From Eledone cirrhosa (Eukaryota), in assembly GCA_964016885.1 (NCBI GenBank), contig OZ024740.1, positions 159,092,001 to 159,156,000 of the forward strand: a stretch of 64,000 nucleotides of DNA, written 5' to 3'. The notes under the pieces were generated by a model. That model was given only the letters and a program-made list of their open reading frames with translations. It did no database searches and had not been told where the DNA came from. Each line of letters begins with the position of its first letter. Position 1 is the first letter of the stretch. A program made the translations under genes and the position numbers. Positions 29,281 to 42,854 of the stretch are shown in pieces.

Positions 29281-30479
29281 GTCAATAATCTAAACGAAAA
29301 CCACGTGGCGGAAATAAATAACATAGCTGTCATTGACAGGTTTGGTTGTGAATGTTCCCTTCAATATATATCTATATACTCTCCAGACATTTACACTCAC
29401 TATAATAAACCCGCCTATTATTATAACAATATATGTTCATTCTGCCACATGTGATTCTGGAAGCGGAGTTTCCTGTATACACTTTTTCTCTATATGTAAC
29501 GGGATAGCCATCACGATTTATATTTACTGTGGTACAGTTGTATGCGGTGCGATACATTGGTTGAACGCCAACTTGGACATACAGTGAATCTCACCTGGCA
29601 CGTTGGATTGAGCGACCGAACGTGAGGATTTTGGGGAATGCCAGTTTCTGCGGACCTGGCGTGTTTTCAATTTCCTCACATCTGCGCCGGCTGTATATGT
29701 ACCATATATTTCTTTAATGTACGACGTACTTTCTTTTATTTTTTATTTTGAATTTTGGGTGTATATCCCAGACCGCCTATGGTGATAAATCCCCTGGGTA
29801 TAGGTTTTGGAAAAAGAGTGTTACCTCACTTAACGTTCGGAACTGGAACATATCGATGTGGTTAGTAGGGCGCGGATATGATAAGGAGAATCGACCTGTT
29901 ACAGGCGATATAATTGGAGTACACCATCCCTCATATGGACTATCATACATGTAAGGCTGCACCACTGCTAACCAACTATTCTTTTCACAGTCTCATGCTT
30001 ACAAACTCTATTGACCTGCCTGTACACCCTCTTTTTGCACTGCTTGTGCTTTGATGCATCTATGTTTTGCTTTGTCTTATATTTCTTTGGGGTCTCCGGG
30101 CTTTATTTACTTTATTGTTTTCTAATTTTATACTTATCTCTTTTATTATCCCTGTATTGTTGCACTTTTTAATAATTTTTATTATTATTTTATTATTGTT
30201 TCTGATCATGCTGAGTAATACCCTCACTCTTCCCTTGCTACCCTCTCCCAATCTCTTTATCATCTATTGCACCATTTAAGTGATACATTTTTGGTGTAAT
30301 TTTTAATTTTTAAATTTTAATTTTTAAATTTTTAAGACATTTTATGGCATTATGTGTATCATGTATTCTGCCTTTTTCTATATAACGCTGGCCTCGGGAC
30401 CTCCCTGCTGGTCCTTTAACCTTGTTCTGGTGACGCAGCTCGATGGAGCATGCAACTACTGATATACTCATGTTTATAT

Positions 30480-30524
30480 GCTCTGATGATTCCTGCCATG
30501 GTGTATGGATGAAACACTGTTAGC
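30480..30524 (+). ncRNA. Type I hammerhead ribozyme, partly decayed, in a pLTR
   Basis: gct CTGATGA ttcc...ggat GAAA cactg TT agc, then AATAAA. Confidence 0.7.
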
Positions 30525-30761
30525 TAATAAAACAATGTATTTCTAAGTACTCTTTGGTTATTCCTATAACTATAACGGCTCTGTAGTATACTAGTTATCC
30601 TACATTGAGCTAAAACCACACTGTCATACCAAGGGCAATATATCTGCATGTCTGGGCATATTGATATATTTGTCAACGAAATATATATATATATATATAT
30701 ATATATTTGTGTGGTTTTAGCTCAATGTAGGATAACTAGTATACTACAGAGCCGTTATAAT

Positions 30762-30834
<73 letters not shown>

Positions 30835-30876
30835 AGAGTGTTGAAGTTTGCTTGAATATATATATATATTTACATA

Positions 30877-30950
30877 CAGGGTGTCCCCCAAATGTATACA
30901 CATATTTATTAGAATGCTGCAAAAGTGTGTATACATTTTTGTGGGCACTC

Positions 30951-30952
<2 letters not shown>
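30877..30952. mobile_element. ~76-bp Tc1/mariner-type MITE (second copy at 47797-47873)
   Basis: TA-CAGGGTGTCCC...GGGCACTCTG terminal inverted repeats with internal aaatgtatacac/gtgtatacattt symmetry. Confidence 0.7.
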
Positions 30953-31047
<95 letters not shown>

Positions 31048-33245
31048 TTTTGCTTTATTATACATGCAGCTTACACTACAAAAATCATTCCTTTAACGTT
31101 GTGAAGGAACTTATAGTACCATCTGGCTGTTCGAAGCAGATTTAATACTAATGTTATTAGGGGATGTCCGAGCACTTTTAGATCACATCAAAAGTTTGTT
31201 GTCTTTTCCTTACTGTAATCCATGTAATTCTTGCATCAAGCCGAAAGTAGCAGTCATCAGTAATTTTATAGTGACTTTGTTTTACTAATTGCTGAAGATT
31301 TCTTCTTTGTTGTGGGCTTTGATCTTTCTTTTACATGTCTACAATATCTATGGTGAATCGTCGTCTCCATCATTCTACAATTCACCTGTCACTGCTTATT
31401 GTTATTGTTAGTAAGTGTTCGATCTAGCTACTTAATCAGGCATGTCATATTCACCAGAAGTAACCTACATTGTCATTCTCGGCCCTCAAATGACTCATTG
31501 AGTATCCCTAGACGTGCACAAACAGCTATGTGACTAACTCTACCCCCAACAATATATTTCATAACAACTTCCTTCATTCCACTGTCTCTAATGCTACATT
31601 GATTTTCGGGGAAGCTGCATGGGTTAGTGGTTCGGGTGCTCGGATCACGATGGTAAATTCCTGAGTTCGATTCCCGGTGACATAAATTTTTGTATTTTTT
31701 TGAAATGGCTAAATGCTTGAACCCTAGTATTTAACCGATACAATATGCGGCCTTGTAGATAGTGTTGAACTCCCGATAAGGTTGTCAATTGGATTCGTGG
31801 CAACACGTTGTGTCTTTGAGCAAGACTCTTTATTTCACGTTGCTCCAGTACACTCAGCTAGAAAAAATACGTCGTACCTGTAATTCGAAGAGTCCGCCTT
31901 ATCACACAATGACATGCCGAATCTAACTGAGAACTATGTTAACGGTACACATATTCATGTTGATTTCACAAGCCGTTTGTTCCAATAATGGAACAACTAA
32001 AATACTCATCGTAGAAACAGAAGAGAGTTTCCCCACACAGGCATTAACTTCCTAACCCCACGAGTCTTGGTCGAATTCTTTCTTTTCCACCTGGCCTCAA
32101 TATCTAGCCTGCTTATCTTTGTAGAAATATTCAGATATTCCCTATCCGCCCCGATCCAGCCCGTCTGTACTAAAGAGCCCCATCAAATATATCGCCACTT
32201 TAACAATGTCACTTGCGTTCCATTCTTCCTATCTCCCCCAATAGTTGGGTCACGATTTCATGGGAAGGTAAATGATTCGGCAGAGATTTTAGAGCGTTGA
32301 ACTTTTGTTTCAGGGCTCTGCATTCTGCGTTCAAATCTCCCGGTTGTTCACTTTGCGTTTCATCTTTCCGAGATTTAAAAACAACTTAGCAGCCCATCGT
32401 TGGTGCAGCTATATTTCCTTCTAATTGTCACATAATGGATGTTTCACGGAATTAACAGATAGCGGATCGAGAGGGTGTGTCTATCTGTTTGTGTGCCTAA
32501 GGCCCTTAGTAAAAGCATGACATATGATACCAAGTCATGCTGGATTTCACGGGAGGGTGTAGCCTTTTTTTTTTACCTCAATGGGACGACATCAGATTAC
32601 TTAGAGCAATATACCATCAATCTGCAATGTTAATGGTAGCTGTAATGTTGAAGTAGTATAATGCATTGCAAAGGATAATTGGAATAAATCTTGTGAGGAT
32701 TGTTGTGAAGCGAACTGGAATGGGATGGTTGGGTCATGGGTTGAGGAAGGATGCAAGTAACTTGTTGAGGAAGGATGACGGTAACTGGTTGTGGTGATGA
32801 GTAGGTGAATACCAAGTGAAGACCATGAAAGATAAGGAGGAAATAGAAACACGAGGAGGGATGCAGACGGTAGGGTAACATGGAGAAGCTCGATATGCGA
32901 CCCGCCATACTAACCTCGATTTTAAAAGAGAAAATGGTCTTAAAACGTCTCTCACGCTTCATTTTCTTTCTATCTTCACTAATATTGGGTCGTACCTCAG
33001 TGTTGACAACACATTACCTACTATCATATGTCAACGAACTATCTGTAATGTTAATATTTGTAATTCTAAAGTAGCGCTATATCAAACAATGCTCATGCAG
33101 TAAGAGTATTTATGCAAACTGAAAAGAGTTGTGTGTAAAGGATCCATAAGTTTCTCTTCTTTCTCTCCCTCTCTCTAATATCTGCTCTTGATATATATGT
33201 GTGTGTATATATATATGGACACACACACACACACACACACACATA

Positions 33246-34305
33246 TCTATATATATAAAACTGTGGTTGTCTGTCTGTCTATCGATTTTCGGCACACATC
33301 TCCTCTTAGAATCTCTCACGGAATTGCACCGAAATTGCTATACTTGTACATTGAGCCCTAGCGAAGACATCGGAAAAAAAAAATTTCAAATTGACCCGCC
33401 CTATGTGACGAAATCGAATATAATGTATCGATTTTTGAGCGTAAGTTATCAGTTATTTCCTTTGTTCTGTTTACATTGAGCGTCTTACGTAAAAAATTCC
33501 GCTGGCTTTCTCAGTCTTTGTTAATAAATAACCAGTGCAGTTTTTATCCCCAGCATCCTCTTTTGTTATAACATTCGGGTTATCGTTATGTTTTCTTAAC
33601 TTCATAAGGCATATTGTTGGTTGAGGGAATATTAATCAAAAACACCACATGCAAGTCTGCACAGTAGACACTACAGTTTTTAAGCCAAAAAAGAAACTTA
33701 ACATTGTAACTTTAACACAGCTACTGAGCGACCCCGTTTTGCTTCATTTCCATTTAAAAGCATTTTAAAACAATATTTTTACTTGAAAACAAGTCTATTT
33801 AAAGACTACGTAAAACAAGCAAATATTTCGTCGTTAGGCGTGCAGACAGACAGTCGTGCAGAGAGGTGATATAGGCGTGCAGACAGATAGTCGTGCAGAG
33901 AGGTGATATAGGCGTGCAGACAGACAGTCGTGCAGAGAGGTGATATAGGCGTGCAGACAGACAGTCGTGCAGAGAGGTGATATAGGCGTGCAGACAGACA
34001 TAACTGATAATTTGGTTACGCTAATGTTTTTCTCTGCGTTGCAGTGTTTACATTTTCGATCTTTGTTAATAAATAACCAGTGCAGTTTTTATCCCCAGCA
34101 TCCTCTTTTGTTATAACATTCGGGTTATCGTTATGTTTTCTTAACTTCATAAGGCATATTGTTGGTTGAGAGAATATTAATCAAAAACACCACATGCAAG
34201 TCTGCACAGTAGACACTACAGTTTTTAAGCCAAGAAAGAAACTTAACATTGTAACTTTAACACAGCTACTGAGCGACCCCGAGCAACGCCGGGCTTTACT
34301 GCTAG
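33246..34305 (+). mobile_element. Complete non-autonomous Helitron
   Basis: A|TCTATATATATAAAA..(GTCT)n head; subterminal hairpin cccgagcaacgccggg; CTAG|T end; internal ~220-bp direct repeat (33516-33736 / 34061-34279). Confidence 0.88.
33835..34000. repeat. 37-bp minisatellite x~4.5 inside the Helitron
   Basis: taggcgtgcagacagacagtcgtgcagagaggtgata starts at 33835, 33872, 33909, 33946 and 33983. Confidence 0.95.
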
Positions 34306-34339
<34 letters not shown>

Positions 34340-36669
34340 CCCCTTTTAAATAACTTTTAAATACCCCCCCCCCCCCCTAAAAAAAAAATCAAACAAAATG
34401 CATTGGTTATTTGCTTGTGAAACATGTACTACGACAAAAATGGCGGTTTGCCTAAAGATGAAGTTTTAAATAATTGATTTGAATTTTTAAACTGTAAACC
34501 GGTACACAATATTTTTGTATATGTTATTGTTACACACACACACATACACACACATATTTGTATGTAAGTAGATACATACATGAATGGCGAAGTTGTCGAG
34601 TCATTACAAGGTAGGATAGAATGCTCTCTACTGTCTGAGTTCAAACCCCGCTGAGATCAACTTTGTCTTTTATTCTTTCGATGTCGATAAAAAAAGAACC
34701 AGTCCAGTACTTGTGTAGATTCTTTCTCACTTCACTCTCCCCTTCTCCCTCTTACTCCCCCTCTCTATGAAAGACATCGGTTGTCGTCAGATCTAGAGAG
34801 AGATCGGCTCCACCAGGTTTAAAATCCCCCAAACACCATGTGCTACTACAGCGGCCCCACGACTCCACCAGGAGTTACGAGCTCACATATACAAACATAT
34901 AAACTTACAAATATGTAAATGCGGTGAATTTACAGGATGTTTAAAATGACGGATAAAATTCTTTGCGATATTCATTATTTGCTCTAGATTTCTGAAGTCG
35001 GAGTTCAAATTTCGCCCAATTCAATTTTGCCTTTCATTTTATCGGTGTCGATAAATTACTAGATCAGTGGACTGACGTTCTTAGAAGTTTCCCACCTTAC
35101 TGAATTCCCATCAATATTAACTGCATTCGTTTTCCTTTGCTGACGAATTGTATAACACCACATGAAATCCATGATTATGAGACACAATTTTTATTTAAAT
35201 TAATATGATTTTTATTCCTAGATTTTTTTTTGCATGTGTATATTAGATTACACTGTAATGCGCTCTACATTAAATATTGATCATTATTTATCAACAAGAT
35301 AAAGATATATTTGAGAGATATATTATTTGTGTACATAGACACATACATACATATTGATAGATTCATACATAGATATTACATATTAGGCACACATATACAT
35401 GAATGTATATGTTTGCACGTATAACCACATATAAACTTGATGCGCTTAGGTAATTACGTAAATCTAGGTTTGGATCGAACAAGAGAGCGTGGGCTGGGTA
35501 GCAGGTTTATAGTGTGAATGATGTTGAGAGCTAATGGCGATTTGCCAAAATATGAAGACCTAAACTCAGAGGTTTGAACTTTCAAATCACTGTTCAGTCA
35601 AAATTTGGCAACAGTAATGAGAATAGGCAAATAAATCGATATTTCGGAGCATTAATGATTTTCTTGAAAACAAAAACAAAAAAACACACAAAAACACACA
35701 TATATATATATAAGAAGCAAAAATGGTACATGCTTAGACAAATTTGGTATTTCTTTCTTTAGTGAAATATCGAACTGATGAAATTGTGAAGAAGAATTTC
35801 TTTCTAAGAAGAATTTCACCATTATTTCATTGGCTCCTACTTTAGGTATGGTGCTAGCATCAATGTTGTGAGATACCCTAGATGTACTGTTTAGTAAACT
35901 CTAGACAGGTATTTTATTTTATTTTATTTACCCAAGGAAAATGAGTTTTGTGGTACAATTATTTATTTACTAAGTTGTACACGAGAGATCTCTAGAACAA
36001 ATTAGTGATTATGATTTGTACTGACCGTATAAGATTCAGCTGATCCCATTGGGGAATGATTTCGAAGTATCTCTCTAAGGCAATATAACGAATAAAGCTC
36101 CGAAGCTCATTATTCTAGAAATAACTGGAGATATATATATATATCAATGAACGGTTGGGCAAAGTGAAGGTAGCAACATGGTTTTTTGTATTAAAATATG
36201 ATTGCACAGACTTGGTCTAGAGAATATCCGATCAGACTGTAACGTCTGCAAATTCGATACTTACCGATTAGTTTGCTAGAAATAGTAGGGAAATACTCTA
36301 CGAATCATGTCCTATTATCTTAGAAAATGAAAGACATAGTGTGTAATGTAGTCAAATATATATATTATACGGCAGAATATCAAACATGATAGTCATGGTT
36401 GAAACACTTTGCTCCTAGGTCTGCTCATCATACAAATTCGACTGACCATTTCGAGCATATTCCACAACCTGCATAACATAAACAAATGATAATATAAAGA
36501 ATTATACGGTAATTATCTCCCGATGAGGATACAATAATCTCTGAAATGCGTAAATATATACGTTTATGTTTTTCTATGAACAGAGGCAATAGAAGAAAGT
36601 CTGTTTACGTTTGTTTTTCCATGGCAAGGTTTCTAATTTAACAAATGTGTCTTGCACGTATGTATGTAT

Positions 36670-38010
36670 GTAAGCCGACAACTCCACCAAACTTGCTTGG
36701 TGAGGAGGGTGGTTTTAGACACCCCACGGATGAAAAAGAAAATCCGTCAAAGGGCAGATGAATTCAGGAGAGTCAACTGCCATCCAATATTATGTAGATT
36801 TCTATGCATATATCTTTGTATATATACAAATATTTTTATGCGTATATATTTTTAGAAACACACAGCTGCAAATTTGTACATAGGCGGTAGGGGTCTCGTA
36901 ACCTCGTTGTTGTGTCTTCCTATGACAGGCGCTAACTCCGGTGGAGGCATCTGTGTCTTAGCAGCCCTATTAGAGAGAGCATTGTTCACCCAAATTCCTG
37001 GGAAGGTGCTAGTCACATCAACGCTGGGTAGTTTACTGCGGCTATCGGAGGTTCATTCAAGTAGGAAAAGAAAAAATGAAAAACATAAAACATTTATTAA
37101 AAAATCGAGTTAAACTCAACATCTGCTGCTGGAATGTTAGAACGCTTTTGGGTCAAAATTCATCAAACAGGTCAGAAAGCAGAATTGCTCTGATAACAAA
37201 AGAACCCAAAAGACTGAATATAGACATTACAGCCTTGTTAGAAATACATCTATCAGAGTGTGATCAACTAACTGAAGCATCATCAGGTTTCACATTTTTC
37301 TGAATTAGGAAACCAAAAGGAGAACGGCGAGATGGTGGTGTAACTTTTGCAGTTCTAAATTTTCTAGCACAATGTTTAGAGTCTCCCCATAGAATCGGTG
37401 ACCGAATAATGAAGTTGCGCATTTCACTTGCATGAAGGCAATGTGCAACAATTTTGTCAGTTTATGTTCCAACTGTACAGGCCAGCGAAGAAAGTATTGC
37501 AATTATATATATACTCCTGTTGACGAAAAAGCAATAATTCTTGGTTATTTCAATGCCCAAGTTGGCAAAGACCATGATACACGGAATGCATTTGTCATTA
37601 CGGCATTAATAAGATGAATGCCAAAGGTCTGAAGCTACTTGAGCTATTTGGGCTGTGTTCAGAACTCAACTTTCCCATTTGAAACACATTCTTGCACCAA
37701 CAGAAGAAACCTAAATTTATCTGGATATACCCAAGATCAAAAGATAGCGACTACATAAAAAACAACCGTAACGATTTACAGATTGAAGTTGAGAACTGGG
37801 GAATGCTGGCTATTAAGAGGGCTGAATGGAGAGGACATGTAAAGGAAGGCTGCAGAATATTTGAAGAGAGACGTCACGACCATGAAAGACTTAAGCACCG
37901 GCTTCGAATAGGCCACAGTATGAATCTCAATAAGAACATAAAGAGCTGGAGATGTGTGGTCGTCTTATGCTCTCAAAGTCTGAGTACATCACTCATCTAA
38001 AATCACATGA
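36670..38010 (+). mobile_element. Internally deleted RTE-clade LINE (5'UTR, APE endonuclease, C-terminal CCHH finger)
   Basis: LNICCWNVRTL, RLNIDITALLE, GFTFF..G..GV.FA, IILGYFNAQVG, FIWIYPRSK; then W..LA..R..WR..V and C.CGR..SK....HLKSH; the RT is absent. Confidence 0.82.
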
Positions 38011-38310
38011 TCGTCAAATATCTTCTTTTTCTTTTTATCTTTTTTCTTGTCTTCCTTTTTTCTTCTTTTTCCTTCTTTTTTATTTATTCTTTACTTTTTT
38101 CTTTCCTTTTCTTCTATTTTCTCCTCTTTCTTTTTTGTTTTTCTTTTTTCGTTTTCTTTTTATTTTTCTTCTCCATCTCCTCCACCTTCATTCCATCGCC
38201 TACTACACCACATCCTTCTCTATCTATCCTTCCCACTCCTATCAACCCTTTCGCCCCCTCTTCAATTCCAAGGAAACTATAAATACTGAATCTGACAACA
38301 TTTATCGGAC

Positions 38311-38357
38311 TTTCCTGATGATTTCCTACGAATGAAACAGTTTTAGTTCTGTAGAAA
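38311..38357 (+). ncRNA. Type I hammerhead ribozyme in a solo pLTR
   Basis: tttc CTGATGA tttc ctac gaat GAAA cag ttttagtt ctg TA gaaa; AATAAA about 10 nt later. Confidence 0.8.
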
Positions 38358-39842
38358 CCATTTCTATAATAAAATTAATATACCTATACTCTACTAACGT
38401 ATTGAGTACCTTTCTTTACAGAGATCACCTCTCGATTTACATCGGGATCACCCCACCTCACACATATATGAGGAAAATTGGTGTAGATATGAGAAAGATT
38501 GTAGTAAACGTATGTCCTAGCGAGATACAGTGGTATAGAATGTTGGTTTACATTAATGACATACAATGGTGATATATATTCCTGACATAAAATGGTGATG
38601 CGTATTAGTGAATTCCAGCAGTGCGTCGGCGCGAGATTATCGGTACAGCACACACTGACAATAAGCAACTAGTTAGGAATTCATAGAACCATGAGACTTT
38701 ATTGTATCAATAATGAAAAGTAAAAAGAAAAAAAAATAGAGAACGCAGTAAATTTATTGTTTTATTGATTTGCCTATTCCTTAACTAGTATATTTGTTCC
38801 TTATTCTTTTGGTTGCGTATAGTGGACATCAACAGATATGAAGATAAACATAAAAATCAACATTTATACTTGTTTTGTCTTATTAATGATTTACAAACAA
38901 ACGAGAAAGCTACAACTACGCAGCTGGGATGCACTTCTTTGTGTATATGTGTGTGGGTGCAGATCTATACATAACCGCTACACAAGGCTGGCGCTACTAC
39001 TAAGGCAGACAAAGCAGTCGTCTTGGGCGTACATCTGAGAGAACTGCATTATTGAACCTTAAAGGATCAGTTTTATGTAACATGTTATTATTAATAGTCC
39101 ATGACAGTACCGAGGTTACTAATGAAACTTGCTAAAAAAAATTAACACAGCTTCTGATGTTGCACGATACGCCTAAAACTGAAGGCAAAAAATTAGTCAG
39201 AATATGAACTTCGCGGCAGGCTCCATCAATTTCTGGGGTGTTTAGAGCCTGGACAATGATTGGTCAGTGGGGAAAATTCAAAAGTACCCTCGATGCTGTC
39301 GAGGACTGTGAATTAAATCTATAATAATTACATACAATTAAGAAATAAATCGTTGAAGAATTTTGTCGAGTCGCAGTGTTGAGTAACTATCAAAACCAGT
39401 GGGGATAGTTGTGTGTGTTATGACCTATCATGCACGTGCTAGTGCAATGAAGGTGTGTTTGTGTATATTATATAAGTATGTGTGTCTATGTAGATATTGA
39501 TCTTGGAACATTCGTCGAAGACAACTTCAGTGGAAGTATATATTCGTTGAAAGACAAATTGGATGAGAGACATTGAACAAAAACATTAGTAAAAGTGAAT
39601 ATTTTCAAAGAAACAGGTAATTTTATTAAACAATGGCTTTCAATTAAGGCACGACGCCAACAATATTGAAGGCAGTAGCAACTCCAGTAATTTACTGGTA
39701 CTTTATCTTATTGATTCCGGAGGTTAAAACCAGAAAGTAGAAGTCCTTAACGAAGTCACAACAGTCTCGGTATGGTGAACTAACTGTTGTGATACTACTT
39801 CTACCAAACTCGTCCCATGGACTGAGTGCTCTACTACTACTT

Positions 39843-39900
<58 letters not shown>

Positions 39901-39935
39901 ACCTCCAGTGTTCTACTATTATATATATCTATATA

Positions 39936-39996
<61 letters not shown>

Positions 39997-40200
39997 GCGT
40001 ATATTATAATGAAAGATATGTATACATGTAACGGTTATATCAAGAAGGGAGGTGGAAGGTTGCATATAGCCCATTATTACACGCAAAATGTGACCTAAAC
40101 AAAGCCTGTTCACTCATCAAACCGGCCAGCAGTTTGCGGTTGGCGATAGGTAATAATAGCAGAGAATTCCTTATATACTATATATATATAGTAATAATAA

Positions 40201-42380
40201 CACTGGTCTGCGTTTCAAAACTTTTTTAAAAAGGTCAAGGGCTTTCCAAATGATTTAGGACCCTTTTTGCATGCTGAATTCAAAAATACAGTTTATTTTT
40301 CTGGGTCAGGTCTGGTTTCTAAGATATAGTCTATTTCTTTTCCAGCATATTTTTCTAAAATATCGCAATCCAAGCGTTTATAGGCTTTGCTTTTGCAAAA
40401 CCGGGTCGTGGGTAACCTTTAATAATTATTTTTATTTCTCTTTTCAGGTCTAGAAAAATGGATCGGAAGTGTAAAAACCATCCTAATAGGTTCTGTTACA
40501 TCTGCGGACATGTGGTTCTTCTCGACCGTCAAGCAAAAATCACGGATTTTGTGAAGAAGGCATATCACGCTTACTTTGGACCAGGATAAGCTATTCGCTC
40601 CCCATATCTGCTGCAAAACATGTGTAGAGAACTTACGGGATTGGAGGAACAAGAAAAGGAAGAGTATGCCATTTGGTGTCCCAATGGTGTGGAGGGAAGG
40701 GAAAGATCACGTTACCGACTGTTACTTTTGTATGACAAATCTAAAAGGCATCAATCGCAAGAACAAGCACCATGTTCAATACCCTGATGTTCCTTCTGCC
40801 ATAAAGCCAGTCCCCCATGGCCCCGATCTTCCTGTTCCTGAGCCAAATGTCACCATGGAATCTAGTTCTGATTCCGAATCTAGTGACATGATTGATACAG
40901 CTAAGTGTGATGAATACAGGTTAGAAGAGGACGACCAACCGGTGCCTTTGACCCAAGCCGAACTCAATGACCTGACACGAGACCTGAACCTTTCGAAGGA
41001 GTCTGCCCAGCTACTGGGTTCTCGTCTTCGAGAGAAACGTCTACTGGCGCCAGGAACAACATTCTATTGGTATCGGGACCGCGAGAGAGAATTTAGAAAA
41101 TTCTTCATGTTTGATGAAGTATCTTCACTGGTCTACTGTAGCAATATTGCTGACCTGATTGAATTACTTGGTCTGAAGTATGATGCTATGGAATGGAGAC
41201 TTTTCATTGACTCATCTAACAGAAGTCTCAAAGCAGTTCTTCTGAATATCGGAAACAAGTTTTCATCGATCCCTGTTGGGCACTCAGTTGAAATGAAAGA
41301 ATCCCACAAAAGCATGGAACGTCTGTTGTCTGCTCTGAACTACCAGAAACATAAATGGTTGATCTGTGGAGATCTTAAAGTTGTTGGACTCATCCTAGGA
41401 CTTCAAGGTGGTTACACAACGTATCCATGCTTTCTGTGCTTATGGGATAGCCGTGCTGATGACCAGCATTATGTCAGACAAGAGTGGCCATTAAGACAAG
41501 GATTAAAACCTGGATCAAACAACGTTTTGTCCCACCCTTTGGTTGAACCGAGCAAGATATTGCTTCCAACCCTTCACATCAAACTCGGTCTCATGAAGAA
41601 CTTTGTAAAGGCATTGGACAGGGAAGGTGGAGGATTTGCTTTCCTCCATCAGAAGGAGCATGGAGAAAAAGCATGGAGAAAATTAAGGCAGGTATATTTG
41701 ATGGTCCTCAAATAAGGGAACTCATCAAGGTTACTAGTTTTGATGATGCACTGAATCCTGCTGAACTCTCTGCCTGGTTGTCCCTTAAGTCAGGCATTGC
41801 AAACTTCCTTGGCAACCACAGAAGTTCTCAGTATCAGAAGGTGGTTGATGAGTTAATGGAGAATTTCCGCCAACTTGGTGCGCGCGTATCAGTGAAAATG
41901 CACTTCCTCCGGTCTCATCTGGACTATTTTCCAGAGAATTGTGGAGACTTCAGTGAAGAACATGGTGAGCGCTTTCACCAAGATATCAGTGTTATGGAGG
42001 AACGCTATCAAGGCCGATGGGATATCAACTTTCTGGCCGACTACTGCTGGTGCCTAAAGAGGGATGCGCAGTCTGCTCAGCACAAACGGAAGTCCCTGAA
42101 GAGATCATTCATCCATGAGTAGCTTCCTTAGTTCATTATACTCTTCTTGCTATCTATTCAAAATATTTTGTAAGCCTTCTGTGAATAAATCAGCCTAATA
42201 TTTTCAATATTGCGTTTTATTCACCTACAAATAGATCGGAATTTATGATATTTTTAATGTGCTAATATTTCATTAACCTGATCTGATTGAGTAACATGAA
42301 CATGATTTTGGATTCAGTGCAAAACACTGGCCTAAAATCATGTATTATATATTAGACCTTGAAAACATCGCAGACCAGTG
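40201..42380 (+). mobile_element. Chapaev3-type (CMC superfamily) DNA transposon, near full length
   Basis: Perfect 12-bp TIRs CACTGGTCTGCG / CGCAGACCAGTG with imperfect subterminal symmetry; TAA on both flanks (TWA-type TSD). Confidence 0.9.
40458..42122 (+). pseudogene. Chapaev3-type transposase with two frameshifts (~40578, ~41660)
   Basis: C..HP..FCYICG, PHICCKTC, PMVWRE..DH.TDCYFC, WRLFIDSS, CGDLK, PCFLCLWDSR, LHIKLGL, KMHFL.SH, SEEHGERFHQD, LADYCW. Confidence 0.9.
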
Positions 42381-42483
42381 TAATAAATGTGAAGACTAAA
42401 ATCCAAAGAGAGCTCGATAAGGATAAAAATATATCAAATATATAAGAACCGTAGAGCAAATATTTATTAAAATAACAGATTAA

Positions 42484-42534
42484 AGTTTAAGCAAAGAATC
42501 GCTGCTTTCACCCTTAACGGGATCTTCTGAAACT
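42484..42534 (-). ncRNA. Hammerhead variant with CAGAAGA core (more decayed copy at 45878-45928 +)
   Basis: Minus strand: AGUUU CAGAAGA UCCC guuaa GGGU GAAA GCA..UGC UU AAACU. Confidence 0.65.
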
Positions 42535-42854
42535 AATAAAATTAATCCGTGAACGCAGAAGTAAATATTTCGAAAAACGTTGCAACCGAAGGGAAACAGG
42601 AAGACGGTACTTTGGTTCGTGCAGACGTTCCCTGGCAATGAACGGATAAAAGCGAAGATAATACGCGGTTATGTTGATCGGTGAGAACAATTACACGCAA
42701 AGACAAAACCACGTTTATGGTATAAATGGAGTCGTAGACTAATATTCTATTTAGGAAACAGAATGATTCTCGGCTTCAGAGTTTAGAATAATGTAAATAA
42801 ATTAGTAGAACGAAAAGTAATAATAATTAAATATTTGGCTCGGTTGGCACTCTA

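Noticed and set aside
33835-34000. CRISPR-like periodicity (also 49118-49376)
   Set aside because: Contiguous tandem units without unique spacers, eukaryotic context and no cas genes.
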